NCBI GenBank assembly: GCA_963820825.1 | Contig: CAWGBN010000008.1 | Span: 320,001 to 384,000, forward strand | From: Vulcanimicrobiota bacterium | GTDB taxonomy: Bacteria > Vulcanimicrobiota > Vulcanimicrobiia > Vulcanimicrobiales > Vulcanimicrobiaceae | Length of the DNA stretch: 64,000 nucleotides | Reading direction: 5' to 3' | Part shown: positions 42,535 through 52,289 of the stretch, piece by piece | How positions within the stretch are numbered: the first letter of the stretch is position 1 | Layout: every line of letters begins with the position of its first letter | Made by a program: the position numbers and the translations under genes | The notes under the pieces: generated by a model | Told to the model about the DNA's origin: nothing | What the model saw: the letters and a program-made list of their open reading frames with translations, nothing else | Database searches by the model: none

Positions 42535-43599
42535 TCACTTTTTTTTCAGCAGTTTGTGCGCGAAGGCGGCGGCTTCGACGTCGTCGCCCTGAGTCAGCCC
42601 TTTGTTGAAGCTGTAGAGGTAGGTCACATGGGCCGGCTTGTACGAGTAGACGTCGACTTGGCCGTAGGCAATATCGCCGAGCGCCAGCTCGTTACCCTTC
42701 TCGTTCAGGCTGCCGTAGAAGGAATCGCCTTGGAGCGCAAACGGCCCGCCGACCACGTGGCAGGTGGGATTGCAGCCCTTGTAGACCCAGAGGGCCGGCG
42801 TCTCCCAATCGACCGAGATCAGGTTTCCGCCGTGATCGCGCGCGAGTCCGCCGTAGTAGACGTTCTTCCACCCCTGCGCCACTTGCCCGGTGCCCTTGCA
42901 GCCTTTAAAGAACGTTAAGGTTGCGTGGCTAAACGAGGGGTCGTCCTCCGACGCGATCCAGCAGTCGCCGGTCGTCTTCGAATAGGCGACGCCGCCGCCG
43001 TAGTAGCTGATATGCGAGTTGTGCAGCACGCGCGAACAGCCGTGGGCGAGCGTGCAGACGGCAATGTTGCCGGCCTTGTTGCTCCCGCTCTCCTCGATGT
43101 TCCCGACGACGATCGTTCCGGTCTGCGCGTCGGCGGCGACGGCGTCGCTCGCCTGGCCGTACGGATCCTTGAACTTGCCCATGATCGTCTTGCAGGCATG
43201 CGGGCCTTTGTAGACCGTCACTCCGGCGGGATAGCCGTTGGGCACGACGAGATCGCCGAGGTTGTCGACGCTGAAGCCGTTGACGAACGCGGCGGGCACT
43301 TTGCAGATCGGCTTTTCGTTGTGCTGATTCGGCGCGACGTAGCCGAGCAGATCGGGCCCGTAGAACTGGGCTGCATAGATGCCGACCTGCTTCTTCTTCT
43401 TTTTGAGGTCGTCGTAGACGAAGGGCTGCTGCGCGGGCGTGCTGCGCATCAAGAACGGGTGCATCCACTGCGGCACGACGCTCGCCGGTGCGTCGGCGGA
43501 TTGCGGTGCCGCCATCGGCGTCGCAACGATGCCGGCACTGCAGCCGGCGAGAAATGCTACTGCAAGCGCTGCATAGAGCGCTTTGGGAACGGGGCGCAT
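42535..43599 (-). CDS. Hypothetical lipoprotein, beta-propeller-like
   Basis: LAGC lipobox; repeated GDLVV/GNLIS-type strands with paired Cys. Confidence 0.8.
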   Translation of the reverse strand: MRPVPKALYAALAVAFLAGCSAGIVATPMAAPQSADAPASVVPQWMHPFLMRSTPAQQPFVYDDLKKKKKQVGIYAAQFYGPDLLGYVAPNQHNEKPICKVPAAFVNGFSVDNLGDLVVPNGYPAGVTVYKGPHACKTIMGKFKDPYGQASDAVAADAQTGTIVVGNIEESGSNKAGNIAVCTLAHGCSRVLHNSHISYYGGGVAYSKTTGDCWIASEDDPSFSHATLTFFKGCKGTGQVAQGWKNVYYGGLARDHGGNLISVDWETPALWVYKGCNPTCHVVGGPFALQGDSFYGSLNEKGNELALGDIAYGQVDVYSYKPAHVTYLYSFNKGLTQGDDVEAAAFAHKLLKKK

Positions 43600-43680
43600 G
43601 ACTTTGAGTCTCCTTGCAAATTGTAGTTCCTATTATGGAGGACTTACCTTGTCAATGCGGCTTCGCAGCGCTCGACTCCT

Positions 43681-44646
43681 TCAACGGCTGCCGGCCGTGC
43701 TGAGCACCGCGCCGACCGGCTGGCGCAGCCCGGTCACCCGGGCGGTGGGGCTGCCCCCGGCGGGGTAGCGCCAGAGAGCGACGCCGCTGGGCTTGCGGGA
43801 GCAGCTTTCGTAATCGCCGGCGGCGACCCGGCTCTTCCCGACCCAGGCCTCGGCCACGTCGCAGGCGCCCGCGAGCGTCGTCCTTCCGACGATTCGCGCT
43901 TTCGTTCCCGCGACGGTGAGCCGGTAGAGACACGAGCTCGCCGAGTCGCGGCATTGCTGATCGCCGAGCACGAGCTTCGAACCGCTCCAGGCGACGGTTC
44001 CCGGAAAGTAGATCGTTCCGCCGGAGACCGCCACGAGCGCGATCGAGTTCGCACCGCGCGCGAGAACGCCGAGCGCGAAGAGGTGCTGCGAGCTCGCGCC
44101 GCTGACGTAGAGATTGCCGCTGCCGTCGTAGCCGGCAAAGTAATAGGAGTAGATGCTCTTGCTCTCGTAGGCGGCCGGCGTTCCACGCGCGTGTTTGTAG
44201 AGCAGAACGATCCCCGCGCCGCTGAAATTCTCGAGGTTCGTCACCGCAAGATCGCCGGTACTCGGATTCACGGCGCAGCCGACCGGATAACCGAACGCAT
44301 CGCGCAGCGTCGCGATCGGCGCCGTCCCGCCGTGCGCGTACTCGCGCATCTCGGACGACTGCGTGTTGGCGACCCAAACGTCGCCCGCCGAATCGGCGCA
44401 GAGGCCTTGCGGGCCGTCGAAGCCGGTTAATTTTCCCGCCGCTTTGAGCGACGGATACTCGTAGACGTGCACGGTAAACGTGCCGAGGTCGGAGACGTAG
44501 AGCAGCGCTTTCGCGGCGCTCGCCCGCGGCGACATCCACGATCTTGCGCCAGTTCCGATGCTCGGTGCGAGTTGCGAGGCCCCGCTGCACGCCGCTAGCG
44601 TTGCGGCGAACAAAAGACATGCGGGCCCGCCGAAGCGAGCCCGCAT
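43681..44646 (-). CDS. Hypothetical lipoprotein, beta-propeller-like
   Basis: LAAC lipobox; LLYVSD, PQGLCAD, YAHGGTAPIATL, GCAVNPSTGDLAV. Confidence 0.82.
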   Translation of the reverse strand: MRARFGGPACLLFAATLAACSGASQLAPSIGTGARSWMSPRASAAKALLYVSDLGTFTVHVYEYPSLKAAGKLTGFDGPQGLCADSAGDVWVANTQSSEMREYAHGGTAPIATLRDAFGYPVGCAVNPSTGDLAVTNLENFSGAGIVLLYKHARGTPAAYESKSIYSYYFAGYDGSGNLYVSGASSQHLFALGVLARGANSIALVAVSGGTIYFPGTVAWSGSKLVLGDQQCRDSASSCLYRLTVAGTKARIVGRTTLAGACDVAEAWVGKSRVAAGDYESCSRKPSGVALWRYPAGGSPTARVTGLRQPVGAVLSTAGSR

Positions 44647-44680
44647 GTTGCTTTTCCCTGCGTAGGACGCGATGACCAGC

Positions 44681-45778
44681 TTACTTCGTGCTGATCGCCG
44701 CGCCGGTCGGCAACGTGTAGGAGTTGTCGGGAATCACGTGGTTCGTGGGCGTTCCGCCGCCCGTATAGCCCCAGCGGTTGAACGAGCTGCTGGCAGTGCC
44801 GCAGTACTCGTAGTCGCCGCCGGCAACGTACTTCTTACCCTTGGCCGCGATCACGCCCTGAATCAGGTCGCAGACCGAGCCCTCGTTGTAGTTCGAGTAG
44901 GTCGTCGGCGTACCGAGCGCCGTTCCGTTCACCGGATAGCTGCACGCTTCGGTCGTGTCGTTGCAGAGCTGGTCGAAGACGACCCACTGGCCGCGCGCGT
45001 TATCCCATTGCACCGCGCCCGGGAAGTAGATCGTTCCGCCGGTGAGATTGAGCGTGCTGCAGCTCGAGACGCCGCAGACCGAGAGCTGGTAGAAACCGCT
45101 AGGGTTGCGTCCGCTCACCCAGAGGTCGCTGCCCGGGCCGTAGCCCAGGAAGTAGTAGAAATAGCCGCTCGGATTGGTCAGCACCGTCGGGCTCGAGGAC
45201 GGGCTCGAGAAGACGAGCACTTGTCCGGCGCCGCTGTTGCCGAAGAGGTTCGCGACCGCGAGGTTACCCGTTGCCGGGTCGACTGCGCAGCCGACCGGAT
45301 AGCCGTAGCTATCCGTGTAGGTGTTGAGCAGCGTGCCGGTGCGCGAGTATTCCAGGACCTGGAAGCCTCCGGTATTCGCAATGTAGATGTTGCCGTGCGT
45401 ATCGGAACACTCACCTTGCGGCTCGGAGAAGCCGGTCAGCGTGCCCTTGAGCGCCATGTCCGGCATCGTATAGATGTAGACGTCGTAGGTACCGGAATCG
45501 GAGGCGAAGTAGAGACGCGGCGCGAGCGCGGCGTCGGGCGAGACCCACGACTTGCGCGTGTCGCGGTGTACCTTCATGCCGTTCCACTTTACGCCGATGA
45601 ATGTATCGGCGATGCCGTGCCCGTGATGCATCGGATTGACGCCGTGCGAGCTGTCCGGCACAGCGGCCGGTGCGAGTCCTAACGCGCCGGTCGAAGAGCC
45701 GCTGCTGCTACAGGCGGCGAGCAATGCGGCGGCCGCGAGTACGCCAACAGCGTATGCGGCCGACCTTGTAATCTTCAT
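44681..45778 (-). CDS. Hypothetical lipoprotein, beta-propeller-like
   Basis: Start MKITRS; LAAC lipobox; PQGECSD, GCAVDPATGNLAV, IYFPGAV; paralog of its neighbour. Confidence 0.82.
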   Translation of the reverse strand: MKITRSAAYAVGVLAAAALLAACSSSGSSTGALGLAPAAVPDSSHGVNPMHHGHGIADTFIGVKWNGMKVHRDTRKSWVSPDAALAPRLYFASDSGTYDVYIYTMPDMALKGTLTGFSEPQGECSDTHGNIYIANTGGFQVLEYSRTGTLLNTYTDSYGYPVGCAVDPATGNLAVANLFGNSGAGQVLVFSSPSSSPTVLTNPSGYFYYFLGYGPGSDLWVSGRNPSGFYQLSVCGVSSCSTLNLTGGTIYFPGAVQWDNARGQWVVFDQLCNDTTEACSYPVNGTALGTPTTYSNYNEGSVCDLIQGVIAAKGKKYVAGGDYEYCGTASSSFNRWGYTGGGTPTNHVIPDNSYTLPTGAAISTK

Positions 45779-45859
45779 TGAAAAATGCTCCTTTTTGCTT
45801 TCATGAAAGTGCCTGTGAAGGCAAGACCACGGAGCCCGGCAAGACCGCCGGGGAGGCAA

Positions 45860-47254
45860 TTAGTCCGACAACCGGTAGGATTCACCTGCCGAATACGACG
45901 GCTTCCGGTGCAGGAAGAACGCCTTGGATTGCTTCGCGTGGATCGGTTTGAACGCGATCGGCGCTTTCGTGTAGTCGAAGCAATCGGCGATGCTCGTCGC
46001 GCGCCGGTCGGTTCGCCCGAGCGGCTTGAGACTCCAGTTCTCATCGATGTATTTGAGGATGCTGCCGAACTCGTACTGCGTCTTGGAGATGTGCCCGGGC
46101 TTCGCGTAGGGTGAGACGACGATCGCCGGCACGCGCAAACCGAGTCCGCCGTAACCAAGCTGCGGCGGATTGAGGTTGTCGTAGAGTCCACCCCAATCGT
46201 CCCAGACGATCACGATCGCCGTCGAGTTCCAATACGCGCTCTCGCCGATCGCGTTGACGAGGCTTGCGACCCACGAGGGTCCGGTGTCGGAGCTGGTGCC
46301 GGGATGATCGGAATCGTTCTGGTCGGGAATCACCCAAGAGACGGCTTGCAGCGTGCCGTTGGTGAGATCGCCGAAGATCTTCTGCTGCGGCATCGCGATG
46401 TGACCGTCGCTCCACTGCGGTCCCTCGCGCACGGCCTTGATCGCGTCGAATGCGTTGAGCAGCTTGCCGTTGGCCGTGCAGCAGATCGGCGGCACGTAGT
46501 AACGCCACGTCACCCTCTTTGCGTCGAGACGATCGCGCAGCGTCGGATAGGAGAGGCACGGAAACGGACCCTGCCCGGGCTTGAAGACGTTCTCTTTGGT
46601 GATCAGCGAGGTTCGCGTTCCGTGCGGTGCGTTGCAGCCCCAGGGCGACTGGCTGGGCAGATCGACGAGCGCCTCGCCGTCGCCGATCACCGAATCGCCG
46701 GCGATGAGCGCTTGATGCGCGGTAAAGCTGCTGCTGCCTTGCGTGGTAAACATATGCTCGGCCAGCGTGTACTGCTCGGCGATATCCCAGTACGGCTTGA
46801 TCTCGTTCGGATCGGTGTACTGATACGGATACGTGCATTCGGGCGATCCGCTCTCGAAGTTTACCGCATCGAAGCCGTCCATCTTCCCGCCGTTACGCGC
46901 CGTATCGTACCCCTTGTAGCCGTGGTTGAGATCGTGCGGATTTCCGTGCAGCCTCGTAACGAGAGACATCTTCGTCAACGCGATCGTCTTCTCGCTCTTG
47001 ATGCCGCAGGCCGCACTCGGCTCGGCCTTGCCGGTCGTCGTGCCGTCGGCGCCGGGAAAGGTCGCGAAGAAATCGTTGAACGTTCGGTTCTCTTGAACGA
47101 TGAGCACCACGTGTTTGATCGGCGAAGCCGTCGTTCGACTGCGCGCCTGCGGCGCTTCGCTCAGGATGACACCGTTGGGTGGCGTGACGCTGTTATTGCA
47201 CGCGGCGAGAAGCGTGCAGAGCGCGAGGATGGCTGCTCGTTCAGCCTTCCGCAA
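45860..47254 (-). CDS. Phosphoesterase/phospholipase C family lipoprotein
   Basis: LAAC lipobox; [30 protein letters not shown]-like linker insert. Confidence 0.9.
   Translation of the reverse strand: MRKAERAAILALCTLLAACNNSVTPPNGVILSEAPQARSRTTASPIKHVVLIVQENRTFNDFFATFPGADGTTTGKAEPSAACGIKSEKTIALTKMSLVTRLHGNPHDLNHGYKGYDTARNGGKMDGFDAVNFESGSPECTYPYQYTDPNEIKPYWDIAEQYTLAEHMFTTQGSSSFTAHQALIAGDSVIGDGEALVDLPSQSPWGCNAPHGTRTSLITKENVFKPGQGPFPCLSYPTLRDRLDAKRVTWRYYVPPICCTANGKLLNAFDAIKAVREGPQWSDGHIAMPQQKIFGDLTNGTLQAVSWVIPDQNDSDHPGTSSDTGPSWVASLVNAIGESAYWNSTAIVIVWDDWGGLYDNLNPPQLGYGGLGLRVPAIVVSPYAKPGHISKTQYEFGSILKYIDENWSLKPLGRTDRRATSIADCFDYTKAPIAFKPIHAKQSKAFFLHRKPSYSAGESYRLSD
47134..47171. repeat. REP-like palindromic element inside CDS
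   Basis: TTCGACT...GCTCAGGATGACA, read on minus as VILSEAPQARSR. Confidence 0.75.
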
Positions 47255-48651
47255 TGCTGGTCACCGCCGTCACCAGCGAATCTTTCCCTTTCGTGGCCGT
47301 CAGTATCGCCATGCGCGCGTAATCGATCACCTCGGGCAGGCGGCGCGCGTAGCCGCTGATGAACCGCCACGAGAAGAGGCGCTTCGGCGAGAGATACTCG
47401 GCCTCGTAGAGCAGGAGCAGGTTCGCTAGGACGAAGTGGCGCATCGCGCTGCCGCGGTTGATGTGGACGCGCCAGCGCTTGGAGATGTCCACGTTGGTGA
47501 AGACGTCGTTACGCAACGAGCCGGAGAGCACCGAGGGGCTCACCGAGATGACGCTGTCGTATCGCTGCGGCATGCGCTCGCTGCGCTCGATCTTTCCCTT
47601 CCCAAAGTCGACGCACCAGTACTCTTGCTGGCGTGTGTCGATGGTGAAGACCCAGCGCGTATTGCGGATGAGCGGGCGCAACAGGCGAGTCGCGCGGAAG
47701 AACTTATCGAAGTACTTGGCAAAGTCGTCGAAGGCGATTTCCTTCGCCGCTTCGGAGCGATAGGTTTTCTCGAGACGCTCGCTCTCGGCTTGCGCGCGCT
47801 GCTCCGAATACGCCACGATGTCTTCGACGACGTTGTCGGTCAGCTCGAAATCCCGACGCCGCCGACCAGCGGCTTCCGACCGGCATGATCACCAGCGACG
47901 TCTCCGGCGCGCGCGAGGCGTTTGCGTTGAAGTAGTCGCGCATCTCCGGCGCCGAGACGAGGAAACGGTTCTCGTCGATTACCTCGCGATGCAGGTGGCA
48001 GATGCCGCTCGCGAACGGAATCGCGTAACGCGGGCGAAGCTGTTGCGCCGCGGCCGCGAAGGCTTCCATATACGTGCGGGCGTCGACGGGAAGCCGGTCG
48101 CCCGGATCTTCGAAGGTGTAGCGCGTCGGATACGACCACGCCGGCGAGTGGCTGCGCAGCATGAAATCCGGCTTGGGATACTTCGCACGGAAGGCGCGCC
48201 AGGTCGAAGGCAGCGGCTTTGCATCGTTGAGATCCATTAGCACCGTTCCGCCCGATTCGACGACCGCGACGCTGTCGTCTTGAAAGCTGATCTGATAGCT
48301 GGTGAGATAGAAATCGTCGCCGAGCTTGATGCGCTCGCCGTGGCGCAGTTCGACGATGCGCTCGAATCCGATCTGCTCGAGTTGCTGCCGCAATCCCGAG
48401 ATCGGAAACTTGGGAACGATCGCGGTCGTCGTCTTCGCGAACTTCTTGAGCGTCTTGGGATCGAAGTGGTCGAAGTGCCAATGCGTGATGTAGACGTAGT
48501 CCGCGCCGAAAATATCCTCGCCGAAGATCGGCGGCGGGCAATGCCACCACGACGACCAATAGGTCGGTTCGTTCAGCCAGGGATCGATGACCAGCCGCTT
48601 GCCGCTTGCTTTCACATCGATGCAGGCGTGGCTGACGATACGGAACTCCAT
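47241..48651 (-). pseudogene. MBL-fold metallo-hydrolase (UlaG/CMP-Neu5Ac hydroxylase-like), frameshifted near 47850
   Basis: VSHAC, IDPWL and THWHFDH (HxHxDH). The C-terminal part continues in ORF 47241-47816. Confidence 0.75.
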
Positions 48652-48662
48652 GAAACCCCGTT

Positions 48663-48708
48663 CTTCGCTCTTCGTCCGTTCGCCCTTCACCCTTCGTCCT
48701 TCGTCCTT
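48663..48708. repeat. Degenerate heptamer tandem repeat (CCTTCGT-like)
   Basis: cttcgct cttcgtc cgttcgc ccttcac ccttcgt ccttcgt cctt in the intergenic spacer. Confidence 0.5.
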
Positions 48709-48726
48709 GATGACGCAGGTTAAATA

Positions 48727-50127
48727 CTATTCAGTATCGACCGGGAGATATGAAGGCGGTCTATGCAAAAAGTAGCTGCGCGAGTACTTTGCCGCAATCG
48801 GAACGAAGGCGTGCGGCGGTACGTTGAAGTCGAAGCAGTCGACGAGGCTGTTCGCACGGATGTCGGTCGTTCCCAATCTTCCCAATCCCCAGACGTCCTC
48901 GACGAACTTGAGAATGCTGCCGAACTCGTAGGGCGTGTGCGAGATGTAGCCGGGCTGGCTCGGCTTGGTACGGCGCACGTACGGCGAGACAACCATCATC
49001 GGCACGCGAAATCCCAGGCCGCCCCATTTGTCGAAAAAGAGCGGTGGGACGTGATCGTAGAGGCCGCCCCAATCGTCCCACACGATGACGATCGCGGTGC
49101 TCTGCCAATACGAGCTCTCTCCCACCGCGTTGACGATGCTCGCGACCCACGACGGTCCCGTATCGGATTTATTTCCCGGATGATCGGAGTCCGGGTTGTC
49201 GGGCACGATCCACGAAACGGCCGGAAGCGTCCCGTTCGCGACGTCGTTGAAGAAAACGGGCGTCCGGGCGATGTTCGTCGTCCACTCCGGACCGTCACGC
49301 ACGGCCTTGATCGCATCGAATGCATTCCAGAGCGAGCCGGTGCCGTGCGGTTCGGCCGGCGAGTAGTACTTCCAGGAGACGTACTTCGCATCGAGCAGAT
49401 CGCGCATCGTCGGATACGTAAGGCAGGGAAACGGGCCTTTTTGGTACTCATCGTGGATCGTATGGTCTTTCACCACCAGCATTGAGGTGGTCGTTCCCGG
49501 CGGCGCGTCGCAGCCCCACGGCCGCTGCGAAGGAAAATCGACCAGACTCTTGGTGTCTTTCGGCTGATTGATCAGCGTGGCACCCGCGATCAAATCCTGA
49601 TGCGCGGTAAAACTTCCGCTGCCTTGCGTCTGGAAGAGGTGATCGGCGAGCACGTACTGCTGCGCGATCGACCAGTCGGGTGCGAGCTCGGTCGGATCCA
49701 CGTACTGATAGACCTTCGTCCCGACTTTGCCGGGGCATTTCTTGCTGCCGCCTTCCAAACCGAAGCCGTCCATCTTGCCGTGGTCGTAATCGACCGCGAC
49801 GATATGATAGGAGTGACCGAAGTCGCACGCACCGACGAGATCGACTCTCTGCAGCGGCACGTATTGATCGCCCGATCCCGATGGATTCTTCATGTAGCCA
49901 CCCGACGTGCCGTCGGCGCCCGGAAAGGTCGCGAAGAAATTGTCGAAGCTGCGATTCTCTTGAATCACGATGATCACGTGCTGGATGTCTCCGTTTCCGG
50001 ACGGCGCCCTTCGCACGCCGGCGCTGTCAGCCTGTCGAAGGGTGACCGGCGTCGATTGGGACGAGCAGGCGGCGCATGCGGCGGCGAGCGCAATTGCAAG
50101 GAAGAGCAGCCGGGTCTTTCTTGTCAT
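48727..50127 (-). CDS. Phosphoesterase/phospholipase C family lipoprotein
   Basis: Start MTRKTRLL; CAAC lipobox-like; [28 protein letters not shown]. Confidence 0.9.
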   Translation of the reverse strand: MTRKTRLLFLAIALAAACAACSSQSTPVTLRQADSAGVRRAPSGNGDIQHVIIVIQENRSFDNFFATFPGADGTSGGYMKNPSGSGDQYVPLQRVDLVGACDFGHSYHIVAVDYDHGKMDGFGLEGGSKKCPGKVGTKVYQYVDPTELAPDWSIAQQYVLADHLFQTQGSGSFTAHQDLIAGATLINQPKDTKSLVDFPSQRPWGCDAPPGTTTSMLVVKDHTIHDEYQKGPFPCLTYPTMRDLLDAKYVSWKYYSPAEPHGTGSLWNAFDAIKAVRDGPEWTTNIARTPVFFNDVANGTLPAVSWIVPDNPDSDHPGNKSDTGPSWVASIVNAVGESSYWQSTAIVIVWDDWGGLYDHVPPLFFDKWGGLGFRVPMMVVSPYVRRTKPSQPGYISHTPYEFGSILKFVEDVWGLGRLGTTDIRANSLVDCFDFNVPPHAFVPIAAKYSRSYFLHRPPSYLPVDTE

Positions 50128-50132
50128 GAGCC

Positions 50133-51530
50133 TCACTCGCTGTCGACGGGTAGATACGAGGGCCGCTGCGCCTCGAAGTAGGCGGGGGAATACTTCGCCT
50201 TGATCGGGGTGAAAGCGCGCGGCGCTTGGGTGAAGTCGAAACAATCGCCGATGCTCGTCGCGCGCTGATCGGTCGTGCCGAGACTGCCTAGCCCCCAGAC
50301 CGCTTCGACGAACTTCAGAATGCTGCCGAACTCGTACTGCGTGTGCGAGATGTAGCCGGGCGTGCTCGGATAGGCTTCGCGCGCGTAGGGCGAGACGACG
50401 AGCATCGGCACGCGAAAGCCGAGGCCGCCCCATTGATCGAAGAACGGCGGCGGTTCGTGATCGAAGAAGCCGCCCCAATCATCCCACACGACGATCACCG
50501 CGCTCGTGCTCCAGTAGTCGCTCTTGCCGACCGCGTTGACGATGCTCGCCACCCACGACGGGCCCGTGTCGGAACCGTTGCCGGGATGGTCGGAGTTCGG
50601 ATTGTCCGGCACGACCCACGAGAGCGCGGGAAGCCGCCCTTTCTTGACGTCGAGAAAGAAGCTTTTCGCCGAAGCGATGTTGGTGCGCCACTCGCGGCGC
50701 TCGCGCACCGCCTTGATCGCATCGAACGCGTTCCAAAATCCGCCCGTTCCGTCCGGCTCGGGCGGCGAGTAGGTCTTCCACGTAACGCCCTTGGCGTCGA
50801 GCAGATCGCGCAGCGTCCGATAGGTGAGGCAGGGAAACGGACCCTGATGGCGCTTGTAGGCGAGTCGCGATCCGCGTACTTCCAAGAGCGAGGTCTTCGT
50901 GTCGCGGCGCGCGTCGCATCCCCACGGCACGTGCGACGGAAAGTCGACGAGAGTCTTTGTTCGGCCCGGATTGATGAAGGTGGCGCCGGCGATGAGATCC
51001 TGATGCGCGGTGAAGCTCCCGCTCCCTTGCGTCTGGAACATGTGATCGGCGAGCACGTACGTTTTCGCGATCTCCCAGTAGGGCGCGATCTGCGACGGAT
51101 CGACGTACTGATAGGTCTCGAGTCCGGCCGGTCCCGGACACGGCTTTCCGCCGCCCTCGAGATTGAAGCCGTCCATCTTGCCGTTATCGTACTCTTTGAG
51201 AAAACCCGCGCGCGAATGGCCGAAATCGCACTTCTCGTTGAGCGGCGCCGAATGCAGGTAGACGTAGGTGTAGCCGCTCGGCGTCTTTATTCGTCCCCGC
51301 GTCGTGCCGTCGGCTTTTGGAAACGTCGCGAAGAGATTATCGAAGGTGCGGTTCTCTTGAACGACGATGATGACGTGCTGCAAGACGTCGGACCCGCCGC
51401 TCGATGCGGGCGGGATGGCGTTGCTTCCCGCACTCGTCGCGTTACGCACCGGACCGGCGCACGAAACGCCGGCCACCAGAGCGATCGAACCGATAAGGGC
51501 GCGCGCGAGCGCGCGCCGGCGACTCGTCAC
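50133..51530 (-). CDS. Phosphoesterase/phospholipase C family lipoprotein
   Basis: [28 protein letters not shown]. Confidence 0.9.
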   Translation of the reverse strand: MTSRRRALARALIGSIALVAGVSCAGPVRNATSAGSNAIPPASSGGSDVLQHVIIVVQENRTFDNLFATFPKADGTTRGRIKTPSGYTYVYLHSAPLNEKCDFGHSRAGFLKEYDNGKMDGFNLEGGGKPCPGPAGLETYQYVDPSQIAPYWEIAKTYVLADHMFQTQGSGSFTAHQDLIAGATFINPGRTKTLVDFPSHVPWGCDARRDTKTSLLEVRGSRLAYKRHQGPFPCLTYRTLRDLLDAKGVTWKTYSPPEPDGTGGFWNAFDAIKAVRERREWRTNIASAKSFFLDVKKGRLPALSWVVPDNPNSDHPGNGSDTGPSWVASIVNAVGKSDYWSTSAVIVVWDDWGGFFDHEPPPFFDQWGGLGFRVPMLVVSPYAREAYPSTPGYISHTQYEFGSILKFVEAVWGLGSLGTTDQRATSIGDCFDFTQAPRAFTPIKAKYSPAYFEAQRPSYLPVDSE

Positions 51531-52234
51531 CGCTGCCGCAAGTCGATGGCGCCCGTCGTGGTCTCGAGCCGAATCCGCCCGCCGCCGTTTCCGATCGTAC
51601 CGCCGCCACGCGCGCCGACGAGGTGTTCGCGCTCCTGCGTCACGCCGGGAACGTTGCTGGCAAAATCGCCGACCGTGCTAAATGCCTGCACCGCCGCGTT
51701 GCTCCCGGGCGCGATCGTCAGCGTGACCGCGCCGGTCGTCGCGCGCAGGGCGATCGATCGATTTGCGTTGACGCTGCCCGCGTCGGCGGTAATCTCGCCG
51801 GCCTGGGTCTCCACGTCGAGATTTCCGCGCACGCCGGCAAGGTCGATGGCGCCGGCATCGTTGGTGATGCGCAGCGAGGCGCCCTCGGGCACGGAGATCT
51901 TATAGCGGACCCCGCCGCCGTGCACGCCGCCTGAGTACCGTGTTTTGACCGAGACCCCGTCGATCTCGCGGCGGACGTCGATCGTTACGCCGCGCAGTTC
52001 CTCGGGGTCGTGGCCGTATTTCGTTGCCTGGACGTCCACGATCGGCTTCGGCCAGCCCTCGACCCGGACGGCGCCGGCGACGTTCTCGATTTCGACCGCG
52101 GGCGAGGCACCGGCGGCGATGCTCTGGTGCACCTGCTCCCGAACCCGCTCTCCGAGGTTTCCACTGCACCCGCCGAGCGCCGGGAGGATGCAAAAGGCGG
52201 TCGCGATTCCTCGAGCGAAGGCCTTGAGGGCCAT
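51527..52234 (-). CDS. DUF4097-like beta-strand repeat (adhesin-like) lipoprotein
   Basis: LGGC lipobox; repeated IENVAGAV/ITNDAGAI/VETQAGEI/LETTTGAI units. Confidence 0.8.
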   Translation of the reverse strand: MALKAFARGIATAFCILPALGGCSGNLGERVREQVHQSIAAGASPAVEIENVAGAVRVEGWPKPIVDVQATKYGHDPEELRGVTIDVRREIDGVSVKTRYSGGVHGGGVRYKISVPEGASLRITNDAGAIDLAGVRGNLDVETQAGEITADAGSVNANRSIALRATTGAVTLTIAPGSNAAVQAFSTVGDFASNVPGVTQEREHLVGARGGGTIGNGGGRIRLETTTGAIDLRQR

Positions 52235-52289
52235 AGTCGCGGTCACTCCGCGTCTACGGACGGTATCCCCTGCCTTGCCAACCGTCAAA

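Noticed and set aside
12109..50478. Apparent N-terminal fusions in ORFs 12109-14019, 18134-19801, 30051-32336, 31807-33693 and 48727-50478
   Set aside because: The extensions overlap neighbouring real genes; internal starts give normal lipoprotein signal peptides.
1264..51905. Long antisense ORFs (e.g. 1264-2280, 15675-16838, 32101-33459, 34950-36809, 50343-51905)
   Set aside because: Shadow frames of high-GC genes that recur opposite each paralog and show no recognisable motifs.
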